The position numbers were made by a program, and so were the translations under genes. 64,000 nt of DNA from a virus, in IMG/VR virus record IMGVR_UViG_3300044904_000056, positions 40,041 through 104,040 of that record; one strand, given 5' to 3'. Below are positions 26,688 through 37,279 of the stretch, piece after piece. Below the pieces are notes generated by a model. It did not search any database and was not told where the DNA came from. It worked only from the letters and a program-made list of their open reading frames with translations. The stretch's first letter is position 1, and each line of letters starts with the position of its first letter.

Positions 26688-28379
26688 TTACTTACCCCAC
26701 ACGGTGCCCCCACCGCTGGTGGCTGAGAGATTGCCGTCAGTGCTGTAATCATAGACTTCTGCGGTGATATTCAGAAGGACAGCTGACCGGGAAAGGGTCA
26801 AACCAACCGATTGAATCCTCCCGCAAACAGGCTGGTCAACCCCTTTAGGGGAGGCTCCCCCCTGCGCTGTAATCAGGAGCTGGTCCCCTGGCTGGGGCAT
26901 TGTGCCCCGGTAGAGGCAGGACATTGTTGTCCGGTAGCGGGGCGAGTTGATGCGCTTGTAGTTAGAGACATATTTCAAGTAGTAGCCCTGCTGCGCTGTG
27001 CCACTCCCAAAGTTCACCTGAGAGGAAGGATTGATGACAACGGTGTTGTTAGGAATTCCAAACGGATTTACAGGGTTGCCAACAGGGAAGGTCGTTGGAA
27101 GGACCCGAGGGAAGGTCCACAGTTCCATCGTGATAGAAAAGAAATTGCTCGCTGCCTCCCCACTATCCCCCATACCATTTGGACGAAGGACCAGACAGGA
27201 GGGGAGGTCAAAGAATTGGCTGCTAAGAGAATCAAATAATGTCGTCTCATCAGCAGTGAACCCGTATATCCCTGACTCCGTCCCAGCGTTGTCAAATATG
27301 AATTCTTTTGTTGTCCCCTGCCGGGTTACTCCTGTTACCGGAGAGCCTACAAAGGGTGAGACATTTCCCGGCAGATTTAGGGATTTTATCAGCCGTGTGA
27401 AATTCGTTATGCCCCTCAAGTTAGAAGGGTTGGTGGGGGACTGAAACACCTTCCAATACCTCCCACTAGCTACTGAAGGAGCAGGATTGGAGAAGTCTGT
27501 TCCAGGGGGAGGAGTCCACTCTTCAGAGTTCCCATCTATGAGCCAACCATCCGGAATAGGGATGAAGTCAGAGGCTCCTGTCCCACTCGGAGCACCTGCC
27601 TGCACGGTGAACTTCGGCTGCTTCTGAGCGTGAGCAGAATCAAAAACGAAATCGCCAGGATTGTTGAAATTTACAGCAGTCAAGACAGGATTGAGGATGC
27701 TAGCAACATCCATCGAGTAGTCCTGAAGCTGAGATATGGAAACGATGTCTGTTACAGGGACTCTGAAGGTATTGGCGTTGGGGGGTGAAACTCCAGGGTC
27801 TACTACATAAATGCCATCATTCCGGACGATTACATCAGCTAGCATAATGCTAGCAAGCTGTTGAATCCCTGAGAGGATATTTCCCCGGAAGGTAAATCCG
27901 GAGATTGGTGGGTTCATAGTATACCAATAGAGTAGTATTGCTCCCTGCTGACTAGCAAGCTGGGAAGCCAACCCAGCACAGAAGGCGTTGACTCCCCCAG
28001 GCACTCCAACAAAGCCTGTCAGGGTAGCAGCTGGGGAAGTGCAAGGGCCTCCCACAGTCTGAACTAATCCGCCTCTCCCAAGGGAGGAGCCTGTCTGTTT
28101 CAACGTGACAACCCTACCACTCGGCAATGAGAATGAGAGATTTTCTAGCAGGTTTACGATGGAGCCTTGGAGAATGGTCGCTGAGAAGGAGCCGCCAGTC
28201 AGAGTGAAGTTTATCTGCAGGCTGATGAGGTTCTTCACCGTCAGGATGGATTGATTGTTCAGGATTACAGTTGGGTCAGGAAGGATGACATCTCTGGGAG
28301 TAACAGGAGATGTAGGTATGTATGGTGGGCCACCATAAGGGCCTAACCCAAATCCCGGAGGTCCACCAAAACCGCCCAT
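26688..28379 (-). CDS. Putative baseplate hub/tail protein
   Basis: Hub-like C-terminus (PQPGD...RIQSV), tail-module context. Confidence 0.55.
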   Translation of the reverse strand: MGGFGGPPGFGLGPYGGPPYIPTSPVTPRDVILPDPTVILNNQSILTVKNLISLQINFTLTGGSFSATILQGSIVNLLENLSFSLPSGRVVTLKQTGSSLGRGGLVQTVGGPCTSPAATLTGFVGVPGGVNAFCAGLASQLASQQGAILLYWYTMNPPISGFTFRGNILSGIQQLASIMLADVIVRNDGIYVVDPGVSPPNANTFRVPVTDIVSISQLQDYSMDVASILNPVLTAVNFNNPGDFVFDSAHAQKQPKFTVQAGAPSGTGASDFIPIPDGWLIDGNSEEWTPPPGTDFSNPAPSVASGRYWKVFQSPTNPSNLRGITNFTRLIKSLNLPGNVSPFVGSPVTGVTRQGTTKEFIFDNAGTESGIYGFTADETTLFDSLSSQFFDLPSCLVLRPNGMGDSGEAASNFFSITMELWTFPRVLPTTFPVGNPVNPFGIPNNTVVINPSSQVNFGSGTAQQGYYLKYVSNYKRINSPRYRTTMSCLYRGTMPQPGDQLLITAQGGASPKGVDQPVCGRIQSVGLTLSRSAVLLNITAEVYDYSTDGNLSATSGGGTVWGK

Positions 28380-28393
28380 CTTTTCTCCCTATT

Positions 28394-30529
28394 CTAACTT
28401 TGACCCTGAAGCTTTTCGATACACTTCTGAAGTTTCTCTATTTGTTTCTGCTGAGCCTTTACCGCATTCACGAGCGCCGCAATTACGGGGCGATCATCAA
28501 AACCAAGATATTCCGCACCGTCTTTCGCTACTTGCTTACCTACAATTGATTCCGGTATTTTCTTTTGGACATCCTGCGCGCTGAAACCCACATACTCCCT
28601 ATCACTGGTATCACCCGCAACTTCCTGTCCTTTCTCGTTCCACTTATAACGGATGGGCGTTATGGACAGGATTTCATCAAGTCCACCCTTGTAGGGTACA
28701 GCGCTTTTCAGACGTTCATCCGAAGTCACGGTCAGGGTGGTTACAATTCCACCGATAGTTGCGATTGAAGTCGGCACTCCTGCCGTTTGAGTGACGCCCG
28801 GTGTTCCATTGATGTAATAAGCAGTCTCAACGTTTATGGTTCCTGTACCCTTGCCGCTTCCGGTCGGTGCCCCAACCCAGACTCCTTGTCCTGCTGAAGT
28901 ATTGCCTATAGCAAATTGAAGGACATTGTTGTGGTCATAAAAACCAAGTAGATAGCCACCCGTCTGAATAGACCAATCTGCCCCTGCAACATCGTTCATA
29001 CGCAGTATGGCTTGGCTCGAAGCATTCCCCACAGTGATTTGGTTTGCGCTAAGAATCGAGTTTGCAATATCAACTGTGCCTGTAAGTACTGGTGTGCCAG
29101 CAAGCACAACCGCCCCAGTTCCCGTGGTGCCGTTGCTCAGGTCGGAGGCCGCAAGGGCAGCATCTACAAACGTAGTGCCATTACTCCGTAACACATCCCC
29201 AGAAGGGGGTACAGCGGAACCAAGGATCAATCGTTTATAAGTGGTTGTTGCAAAGGGCTCTGCAAGACCGGAAGGAACTACACGAAACTCCATCTGTCCG
29301 TTACCCTCATGCATAATGAGAGCCATACCAACTTTTGCTGAGTCATCATAAACCCAATTGCCTAATTCGGGGTCATAGCGCAAATTTGAAGTAAAATTGA
29401 GTCCATTACCATCTTTCCCGAGACGTGTGTATGTACTGTCATTACCGGGACCACCAAATTGAGCCGCTTGCCAAGCAGGAACTTGAACATACAAAGGAAG
29501 ACCAGTTGGTTGTAGATAATGCACTTTTTGAGTAATCAAATAGCGCAGGGAGCCTTGCGTAAAGTCTAGCCCCTCCAACTCATCGGCTATAGTGACGATG
29601 TATACTTGTGTCACTTGCCCTGTCAATGATACTTGGTAGATTGCTCCACCCAACCCGCTGGAATTGTCCGCAGCAATGAAGAAAGACTGTGTAGGTACAT
29701 TGTAGGTAATACCCTGAATTCTGTTGATTGTCTGCGATAGAGACACAGTCCCCAACAACGTCAGCGTGGTTAGGTCGTATTTCCAAATCTTTGTCCCATC
29801 GCAGAAAGACGCAATATAGAGAGCAGATTGTAGGGGGACCACACAAATAGCTGAAACCTCATGCCCATCCCCTGATATGTCATTGTAGGTCAGCAACGGT
29901 AGTCCGCTTGATGTGGCATCGTAGACAGCAAGCGTTTGATGGGCAGTATCCCCGCAAACACCATCCCAATATTCTACAGGAATATATAACTTACCATTGT
30001 AGTAACAGCCGTCGCCGCAGTGGTTCACCCCAGGAGGAAGACCAGAAAACGGGGTGCTGTTTTGAGTTACAATACTCCAAGTCCCATCGTTATTCCGCTT
30101 ATAGATTGTACCCGTGTCAATTGTATAATGGTACACTCCGTCAGTCGTGTAGCCTTGCTGGGACGAAGTAGCTGGCGAAGTAAAAATGTCAACCCAAGAT
30201 GTAATAGAGAGGTCAGGTGCAACTGAAATCATCCCCGCAACAATCGGAGAGTCCCCCAATACAACAGCGCCGCTACCCGTCACACCGTTGCTCAGGTCGG
30301 AGGCAGCAAGCTGACTAACCGTAACCGCTGACCCCGCAGAAGTCTGTTTTAAGACTCGGGATGTACCCCCTGTTCCTGATAAGTCTGCGCCTGTACCTCC
30401 CTTGTTAAGGGCAAGTTTACTACTTGGAAACAGCCCGTCAAGGATGTCTTCGTTAGCATTTAACGGAACATCCCAATTCGCGCTACCGTTTGCCGGCTTA
30501 TTCAATCCTAAATTTGGAGTAGTCGTCAT
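28394..30529 (-). CDS. Tail fibre/spike with C-terminal intramolecular chaperone (peptidase S74-like)
   Basis: MTTTPNLGLNKP N-terminus; TSDERLK...GFSAQDVQKKIPE...ALVNAVKAQQKQIE. Confidence 0.9.
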   Translation of the reverse strand: MTTTPNLGLNKPANGSANWDVPLNANEDILDGLFPSSKLALNKGGTGADLSGTGGTSRVLKQTSAGSAVTVSQLAASDLSNGVTGSGAVVLGDSPIVAGMISVAPDLSITSWVDIFTSPATSSQQGYTTDGVYHYTIDTGTIYKRNNDGTWSIVTQNSTPFSGLPPGVNHCGDGCYYNGKLYIPVEYWDGVCGDTAHQTLAVYDATSSGLPLLTYNDISGDGHEVSAICVVPLQSALYIASFCDGTKIWKYDLTTLTLLGTVSLSQTINRIQGITYNVPTQSFFIAADNSSGLGGAIYQVSLTGQVTQVYIVTIADELEGLDFTQGSLRYLITQKVHYLQPTGLPLYVQVPAWQAAQFGGPGNDSTYTRLGKDGNGLNFTSNLRYDPELGNWVYDDSAKVGMALIMHEGNGQMEFRVVPSGLAEPFATTTYKRLILGSAVPPSGDVLRSNGTTFVDAALAASDLSNGTTGTGAVVLAGTPVLTGTVDIANSILSANQITVGNASSQAILRMNDVAGADWSIQTGGYLLGFYDHNNVLQFAIGNTSAGQGVWVGAPTGSGKGTGTINVETAYYINGTPGVTQTAGVPTSIATIGGIVTTLTVTSDERLKSAVPYKGGLDEILSITPIRYKWNEKGQEVAGDTSDREYVGFSAQDVQKKIPESIVGKQVAKDGAEYLGFDDRPVIAALVNAVKAQQKQIEKLQKCIEKLQGQS

Positions 30530-30565
30530 TTCTATCCCCCTTCCCTACTACTAGCAATTGCCATA

Positions 30566-32437
30566 TCATCCAAACCCCTGAGTGCCGTTTATCAAGTCGC
30601 TCCGTTCCTGCAAGATCATCTGGAGCTCGTAAACGTGAGGCTCTGTCCCCGGGATATATTTTGCGCGGAAAGCAGAAGCTGAATTAGCGAATACAACGTA
30701 GTAGGTCTTGCCGTTTGCCTGAAGTAACATTGGCCTCATACCACAGAGAGTCTCGTTGTATTGGGTAATCAGCCTCTGGCGTAGCGCGTAGCTAAGATTG
30801 GCATTTCCTAGCTGCTGCCCGAAAAGTTCCTGGAGAGCGTACTGCTGCTGCGTTGTAATTTGAACCTCTAGTAGCGCGTTCATACTTAGCTGGTCCAACA
30901 CGCACTCTAGAGTGTATTCCTGAATCCCGTAGACCTTCACCTTGTCGTTGACGATTGAGTCTTCAAAGTTGTTGTTAGTCGTTGTCGTGACTGTCGTCTT
31001 TGTAACTCCGCCCACCGTTACCTTCGTGGTAGTTGTGACCGTTTCTTCCGGCTGACCAGTCTGAGCATTTGTGAAAGTCTTTTTCTCGACAAACTGCACT
31101 GTAGTTGTAACTTGCCCATACTGGTCTGTATCAGTCGTTGTCGTAGTTGTTGTACTATCCCCAGTCAGGTCATTTGTTGTCGTATCTGTTATAGACTGCG
31201 AACCATCTGGGTAGGTAGTCACCTTATGGATTGTTGTAATGATCCCGTTGAAACTTGTGGTCGTGTCAGTTACTGTACTCCCAACATTAGGTTGCACCCC
31301 AACCTGGTCCACAGTAGTGGTAGTAGTTTTCCCTGTTGGGTCCGTCTCTGTGGTAACCGTATGAAGGTCCATAATCGGGTTGCCAAATGAGTCGGTACTC
31401 TTCCCATTCAGAGTTGTAGGGAACATACTCTGCTGAGTTTTGGTTGTGGTAAGCCCCTCTGCGTCTCCCCCTGCCCATTCTTCGTTGGGAATGCCTCCCC
31501 CGCTGAACCATTGGTAGTGGGTTACCCCATCCAATGTAGTCACCTTAATAGGCTGGATGTTGTCAACAGTAGGCGGAGTGGTGAATACGTTTTTCTTTTC
31601 AACAGAGTTCTTGACCCCATTGATTGTATTCGTCTCTATCTCGCGGGAAGTAGACTGCCCGTTCCGGTTGATCTCTTGAATGCTAATTGAAGTCCGGGTA
31701 GGAGTCCCACTGTCTACTACAGTTATCGTGATGATCTGGGTATCTTGCTTCTGTTCCGTCACGGTGGTTGTAGTTAGAACGTCCCCGTTAGGCAGCTGCT
31801 GTTTCTGTACCTGGGTGCTTGTTACAACCCCCCCAGGGGAGCCATCTACCAGAGTCATCCAGGACTTCGTTCGTGTCTGCCAGCTTATCACACCCATCGT
31901 AAACGCAGTGACGATGAGATTAATCCCCTTCAGGCTGAAGAGGGAGAACGGCTTGTAGGCAGACCCAGCGAGGCTTGAAGAGAGAAAGTCCTCATCTGGG
32001 GAGAATCCAGAGCCGGGCATCTGTACTGAGTCATTCTGCTTTACCAAATAGCCATCGAGACGGACAAATCCAACAGGGGAGATTAGACTAGGGGCCTCTA
32101 ACGAGCCGTTTAGGTTGACGAAACTCCCAACTGCTGTAATTGACACCAGAGCGTCAATCTGGTGAGAATCTCCCGGAGGAAGGAGAGTAGCGTTCAGCCT
32201 CACATACTGTCTTGTTGCTGGGGATTGCAGGGAAGCAGCCAGGTTAACAAAGAGCCGGGTTGCACCCTGGAGAGTTGCTGCAAGGTTTACAAATTGAAGG
32301 GTGGGTTGAAGGAGGGATGCGTTCAGCCGTACATAGCCAGTGGCTTTGACAGGCCAAATCAGATTCCCCCCCAGAGGGAGAAATGATCTGGTGGTTGTTA
32401 GGACATAGGCATCAATAGAATGAGAAAAATCTGCCAT
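30566..32437 (-). CDS. Thr-rich virion protein
   Basis: Long Thr-rich tracts, N-terminal V(R/N)L(N/A)(A/G)xL repeats; tail context. Confidence 0.65.
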   Translation of the reverse strand: MADFSHSIDAYVLTTTRSFLPLGGNLIWPVKATGYVRLNASLLQPTLQFVNLAATLQGATRLFVNLAASLQSPATRQYVRLNATLLPPGDSHQIDALVSITAVGSFVNLNGSLEAPSLISPVGFVRLDGYLVKQNDSVQMPGSGFSPDEDFLSSSLAGSAYKPFSLFSLKGINLIVTAFTMGVISWQTRTKSWMTLVDGSPGGVVTSTQVQKQQLPNGDVLTTTTVTEQKQDTQIITITVVDSGTPTRTSISIQEINRNGQSTSREIETNTINGVKNSVEKKNVFTTPPTVDNIQPIKVTTLDGVTHYQWFSGGGIPNEEWAGGDAEGLTTTKTQQSMFPTTLNGKSTDSFGNPIMDLHTVTTETDPTGKTTTTTVDQVGVQPNVGSTVTDTTTSFNGIITTIHKVTTYPDGSQSITDTTTNDLTGDSTTTTTTTDTDQYGQVTTTVQFVEKKTFTNAQTGQPEETVTTTTKVTVGGVTKTTVTTTTNNNFEDSIVNDKVKVYGIQEYTLECVLDQLSMNALLEVQITTQQQYALQELFGQQLGNANLSYALRQRLITQYNETLCGMRPMLLQANGKTYYVVFANSASAFRAKYIPGTEPHVYELQMILQERSDLINGTQGFG

Positions 32438-32875
32438 TTATCCCGCTACTGCAGTTCCCTTTGAAATGACCACTTCCTCCCCATTCGTCCCCCGCTCTAT
32501 GCAAGAGTAGGATGGGACCTTCTCGACTCGCTTCCCTGGAATCAAAATCGCAGGGGTGTATTTGAACTTAGCAAGAGGATATGTGCTTCCTTGTACGTTC
32601 CCTTGGTACGTTAGCTTCATCTCGATTCCAATCCCAGACTCCAAATCCTGAGCACCGATAATCTCTGCCAGAACATTGGGAGTTGCTTGCCCAGGGTAAG
32701 CCATTGCCTCAACAACGTAGTAGTAGTTGTCATAATCCTTGAGGCAGATATACAACTTTTGGAAATGAGGGTGAGTCAGTTGAACAGCCGTCAGCTTTCT
32801 TTCCTTAGAGAGATCAGTCCAATACATCATCTTGCTATTGACTGAGTCCCCATTAGATAAATTGGCAGTCCACAT
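32438..32875 (-). CDS. Hypothetical tail-module protein
   Basis: RBS and context. Confidence 0.55.
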   Translation of the reverse strand: MWTANLSNGDSVNSKMMYWTDLSKERKLTAVQLTHPHFQKLYICLKDYDNYYYVVEAMAYPGQATPNVLAEIIGAQDLESGIGIEMKLTYQGNVQGSTYPLAKFKYTPAILIPGKRVEKVPSYSCIERGTNGEEVVISKGTAVAG

Positions 32876-32889
32876 AACACTTGCTCTCC

Positions 32890-33522
32890 TTATGTACTAG
32901 TCACCCATTGAGCTGGGGCGTCCAATACCCCAGAAAGAGGAATTGTAAAGAATACACTTGATGAAGTTGCTCCGTTGTTCGCTGGGCGGATGAAACTCCC
33001 TGCTGACCCCGGAGTAAGAGTTGTCCAGGAGGGTGCTCCTTCTGTTCCTCCTGCGGAGTTGTCGTTGAACTGCCAGGTTAGGGTTGGAGTGGCCCCAGAA
33101 TACGAAATCCGAACAGCAAGAACACCGTTCATAGTATTCGTACTTGGGACGGTAGCATCTGATGGGACTTCCCAATTCAGATTCCACCGGACTGCTCCCC
33201 CTGCTCCAGGTATGGTTGTTGAAAGGTTGACGTAACTCGTCAATCCTTGAAGGCGATTAATTACTGCCCCTCCAGCTGCTGGTGCTGCAGGCTTCCAGCT
33301 AGACGTTGGAGCAGAATCTGTTGTGGCTACTCCGGACAAATATGGAATGTGCCCGTTGACAGTAGTCCCTGTGAACATCTCTTTTGAGGTGCTAGAAAAC
33401 GTAGAATCATCCCAGGACTCCAGAGTTGGGTTAGCCGAAAGAGCCTGGCTGAATACAACCCGGTAGACGTTCTGGGCTGAACTACTGTTTCCTGCGCCAG
33501 TTACAGCACTCGGGATTGACAC
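32890..33522 (-). CDS. Putative virion structural protein
   Basis: S/T/G/A-rich, directly after the tape measure gene. Confidence 0.6.
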   Translation of the reverse strand: MSIPSAVTGAGNSSSAQNVYRVVFSQALSANPTLESWDDSTFSSTSKEMFTGTTVNGHIPYLSGVATTDSAPTSSWKPAAPAAGGAVINRLQGLTSYVNLSTTIPGAGGAVRWNLNWEVPSDATVPSTNTMNGVLAVRISYSGATPTLTWQFNDNSAGGTEGAPSWTTLTPGSAGSFIRPANNGATSSSVFFTIPLSGVLDAPAQWVTST

Positions 33523-33549
33523 CTTGCTTTTACCTCCCTTTCCTTAAAA

Positions 33550-36309
33550 TCACCGCAATGCCTTTACCACGGTGTTCTCGACAACTTGAGCCATCAAGTC
33601 TCCTGTCCCGGGGTCAATTCCTACGTCCACTCGACTACTCAAAGGAGTTGCTCCAAGTGCAGAAGTTACACCCTCAGCTACGGAACTAGAAACGGCATCA
33701 GCAAATCCCGCAGCAAAGGCATTCTCCATCCGGTCATTCAACGATTTGATGGCAGCAGTTAGGTCGCGGGCAGTCGCTTGATCAAATGCTACACCTCCTA
33801 CTGTTCCATAGCCACCTCCACCGCTGTAACTTGGTGTAAGCCCATACGCTGGCTGCGCGGGGGTTCCTGCCCCTGTTGGAGATGCTTCTCCGGGAGACCC
33901 TGCCCCATACCGGATTTGTCCTGGCCCCAGAGCTGGCGGGAGGTTGATAGGATTTCCTGAGGACCCTGTAACCATCTTTGTAGCAGCAGCTAGCGCACTC
34001 GAAAAGCTCTGGATATTTGGAATGGCTCCTAAGATCACGTCACGGATGCGGACAGCTAAGTCAGTGAAGGAAGTATCAAGTCTCGGAATATCGCTGCCCC
34101 TCGCCAACCCTTGAGTTGCTAGACCTTCTGTTGAGCTGAGGATGCTTCCAACTACTGGAGAAGGGCCTCCAGGTGCGCGGACCTCTTCCCCACCAGCTGC
34201 AGACTTCAGAACGTCCTTCGCAGCATTGGCTGCCTCTCGCATTGTACCACTGACTTCCTTGCCGGCGATTTGCATATCAGTGACTTGTTTCGTTATCATC
34301 TGAGCCCACTGAGTAGCCCAGTCCCTCTGTGCTTGCGTTCCCCCTCCACCACCAGCGATAGACGTGGCTTGCCGGCTCTCCTCAACAAGTTTCCTTTCTG
34401 CTTCACGCCTTGCCTGGGCAAAGGTCATTTCCTCCCCGCCCTTTTTTGAGGCGTCAACCATCTGTTGGTAGCTGTCAACAACCGTCTTCGTGTAGTTCAG
34501 AGCAAGTTCAAGACGTTTCTCATACTGCTGTTTGTCAAGGTCAGCAATCTGACTGATGACCTTCATTTCCTCTTCTGCATTTCCCTTGACAGCTTCTAGC
34601 TTCTGCTTCTGAAAGTCAATCTCATCCTGGAGGCTGATCATTCGGAGTTTCTTAACAAAGGCCATTTCCTCATCAGCCTGCTTGATAGCCAAGTCCCGAA
34701 CCTTGACGATCTCTGATGCAGCTCCAGTAATGTCTCCCTTCCCAAGAGCCTCAGCTGCTCTTGCTTTCCGCATCTGAATTTCATCTTGGACGGAGAGAGC
34801 ACCCAGCTGCCGGCCCACCTTGTAAATCTCTTCCTGGAATTGCTTCCGCTTCTGGTAGACCTCCGCTTCAATCTTCAGCCGTTCCTCTCCTACAATCTTC
34901 TCGTCAGAGACTTTCCTTTCAAGGAGCTGGAGTTCCGTGGAGAGGCTCAAGGCTCCATTTGCTTTGAGCTGCAACTCCTCGTTGGCATACATCTCTTTCG
35001 TCTTCTGCGATACAATCTCAACAGAGCGTAGCCTGTTCTGAAGGAGTTCCTGTTCTAGCTTCTGCCGCTCTACTTCGTCAATACCGCCGTGCTCTCCACG
35101 GAGACGTTCTTGGAGAGTAACACGCTGTTGTTCGAGTTGTAGAAGTTCCTGCTCTCGGGCTATTTCTACTTCACCAAGAGTCGCTGCTCCCAATTTGTAG
35201 AGTTTCTCAAGAGCCTGCAGCCTCTGGTGAGCAAGCTGGGCTAACTTCTGTTGGTCCTCAATTTCTTTTTCAGCCAACTCTCTTGCTGCTTGGTCGGCTT
35301 CGTTTGCCTTCTCTTTTTCGAGATTCGCTTTACGCGCTGCATCCAGAATCTTTTCGTAGTTGTTGAAAATCTCCAGAGTCCCTTTTGAATAGACTCCAAG
35401 GAACTCCCCTACACCAAGCCTCAACTGATTGATAGCATTAATCCCCCCTGCAGGAACAGCAAAGGGACTGGCCGCCTCAGCAATACCTGGGTGGGCTTTT
35501 GAAAACTCTTTCGTCCAAGAGATTGCTTCGGTTATGTAGTGGATGTACTCTGAGATTTTCGGCAGGAGTGCAGTACCAATTGAAACCGATATCCCCCGCA
35601 GCGTCTGGTCTAACTCTGTAGAAGCCTGCTTGTAAGCAAGAGAAGCTGCTGCAGCAGCCTCTACATCTCCCTGCGCTTTGACTACAGACTCAGAAACCTT
35701 CGCCCACTCTTCATTCGAGAGTTTCAGGACAGGTAGGAGCTGGCCCCCCATCCTTGCCCCAACCATCTGCTGAGCAACCTGAAGTTTCTCCATCTCACTG
35801 CCAGCTGCTCCTACCTTCTGACGCGCCAAATCGAAGACTTGCGACATATTTAGAGCAGCCCCGTGGGTATCGCGGAGACTCCCAAGGACTTTCCCCAGCT
35901 TCGTTTGGAACGGGTCCATAGCAGCATTCGTCTGATGAATCTGCATTGCCAAGATTTGGAGAGAGCGTGCGCCGATTCCTGCGTTGATTCCGAACCTCTC
36001 CATCACACCAACGAGCGTTGCGGCCTGAGTAGCAGTGAGCCCCATCCGGGCACCCATGTGCTCCATCTCCAGGCCCCATTGTGCTGTTTCTTTGACAGAC
36101 TGCTCAATCTTCCCGATAAATCTTTCCAGCATCGGGATGACAGAAGCCCCGAGGCCAGCTGCGATAGCCACACCCATACCGCTGAAGCTCCCCGAAATTT
36201 TCTTGGAGCTTACTTCAGCCTGCCTCTCAGCCTTAGCAGTCCCAGCTTCAAACGAAGTCAGGTCTACTTCGATGCTGAATAGAGCTTTGAGTAGGTCAAT
36301 TACGGCCAC
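33550..36309 (-). CDS. Tail tape measure protein
   Basis: 919 aa, helical A/E/Q/K-rich, follows the tail chaperones. Confidence 0.85.
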   Translation of the reverse strand: MAVIDLLKALFSIEVDLTSFEAGTAKAERQAEVSSKKISGSFSGMGVAIAAGLGASVIPMLERFIGKIEQSVKETAQWGLEMEHMGARMGLTATQAATLVGVMERFGINAGIGARSLQILAMQIHQTNAAMDPFQTKLGKVLGSLRDTHGAALNMSQVFDLARQKVGAAGSEMEKLQVAQQMVGARMGGQLLPVLKLSNEEWAKVSESVVKAQGDVEAAAAASLAYKQASTELDQTLRGISVSIGTALLPKISEYIHYITEAISWTKEFSKAHPGIAEAASPFAVPAGGINAINQLRLGVGEFLGVYSKGTLEIFNNYEKILDAARKANLEKEKANEADQAARELAEKEIEDQQKLAQLAHQRLQALEKLYKLGAATLGEVEIAREQELLQLEQQRVTLQERLRGEHGGIDEVERQKLEQELLQNRLRSVEIVSQKTKEMYANEELQLKANGALSLSTELQLLERKVSDEKIVGEERLKIEAEVYQKRKQFQEEIYKVGRQLGALSVQDEIQMRKARAAEALGKGDITGAASEIVKVRDLAIKQADEEMAFVKKLRMISLQDEIDFQKQKLEAVKGNAEEEMKVISQIADLDKQQYEKRLELALNYTKTVVDSYQQMVDASKKGGEEMTFAQARREAERKLVEESRQATSIAGGGGGTQAQRDWATQWAQMITKQVTDMQIAGKEVSGTMREAANAAKDVLKSAAGGEEVRAPGGPSPVVGSILSSTEGLATQGLARGSDIPRLDTSFTDLAVRIRDVILGAIPNIQSFSSALAAATKMVTGSSGNPINLPPALGPGQIRYGAGSPGEASPTGAGTPAQPAYGLTPSYSGGGGYGTVGGVAFDQATARDLTAAIKSLNDRMENAFAAGFADAVSSSVAEGVTSALGATPLSSRVDVGIDPGTGDLMAQVVENTVVKALR

Positions 36310-36850
36310 GTCGTCTGTTCTCCCAATAATTTCTGCAAACTTCCGTCATCGACTTGCCACTAGCATCCTTCGTAGAATCAAACCTTGCTTTGATCTCCTC
36401 AAATGCCGCTTTGTTCGTTATCAACCTCAAGCCTAGCGAACCTCTGCCAAGAAACGGTTTTGCCTCCCCCGTTATCGGATTCTTGAGGGTGGTATTCCTA
36501 TCCAGTAGCCTCTGAATCTTTTCGTAGGCACTAGGCTCTTTCGGAAGAGGCGGTGTCTCGGGTGCCACAACCGCTTCATTTCTCCCATCCTCCAAAGGCA
36601 GTACCTTTGCTACATCTTGTACGCTGGTCCTGGTGTCGAGACTGGCCCCTTTGTCGAAACCGTTACGGGGCCATTTTCCCGTGTACCTCCGGTAACAGCC
36701 TCGGAGGTATTGTCCAAGCTGGGGGAAGCTGAGCCTTCCAATGTCGAGGGGAGTGAATCCGTACTCGTTTGCAAATGTTTCAAAAATGGAAGTCCAAAAG
36801 TCGTTTTCAGCGCTTCCATTAGACTCCCCACTACTGGAAGGCTTTGCAAG
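36296..36850 (-). CDS. Tail assembly chaperone frameshift extension (gpGT-like)
   Basis: The -1 frame is open from the slippery site A AAA AAC (36856-36850) and reads ...FWTSIFETFANEYGFTPLDIGRLSFPQL... into track ORF 36296..36595. Confidence 0.75.
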   Translation of the reverse strand, partial: LAKPSSSGESNGSAENDFWTSIFETFANEYGFTPLDIGRLSFPQLGQYLRGCYRRYTGKWPRNGFDKGASLDTRTSVQDVAKVLPLEDGRNEAVVAPETPPLPKEPSAYEKIQRLLDRNTTLKNPITGEAKPFLGRGSLGLRLITNKAAFEEIKARFDSTKDASGKSMTEVCRNYWENRRRGRN

Positions 36851-37236
36851 TTTTTTAGTGCTTCTTCCAGTTCGTTGATTTCGATGAACGCTAGGATGAT
36901 CTGCCGGGTTGCCGGCGTGTCTAGGTATTCCTCTAGATACTCGCGGGTGAGCTCCTTGTTAATAGGCTCTCCCGTCTCGGGGTGTTTCCTCTCAAATATC
37001 TTCACGCAGAGGTCATAGACATCAACCTGCATAAGGACATTCGCAACCAGACCCCAAGGGCTAGGGGTGTCCTCTTCTTTCAAAGCTTCAAGGAGAACTC
37101 CCTTTGTCGTATCGTCTAACCAGTTCTGGATTCCCCGCAGTTTAGCAATGGGGGTAGGAAGCAAGGTGAAGGTTTTGGGGCCTATGCGAATTTCCCGCCC
37201 CTGTTGCAACCACAACTCTAAACCTGATGGTTTCAT
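36610..37236 (-). CDS. Tail assembly chaperone (gpG-like)
   Basis: Between the tail tube and tape measure genes; contains the slippery heptamer. Confidence 0.75.
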   Translation of the reverse strand: MKPSGLELWLQQGREIRIGPKTFTLLPTPIAKLRGIQNWLDDTTKGVLLEALKEEDTPSPWGLVANVLMQVDVYDLCVKIFERKHPETGEPINKELTREYLEEYLDTPATRQIILAFIEINELEEALKNLQSLPVVGSLMEALKTTFGLPFLKHLQTSTDSLPSTLEGSASPSLDNTSEAVTGGTRENGPVTVSTKGPVSTPGPAYKM

Positions 37237-37279
37237 AAATTTCTCCTAAGCCTCTGGTAGAGACTCTAGAATTGCCTCC

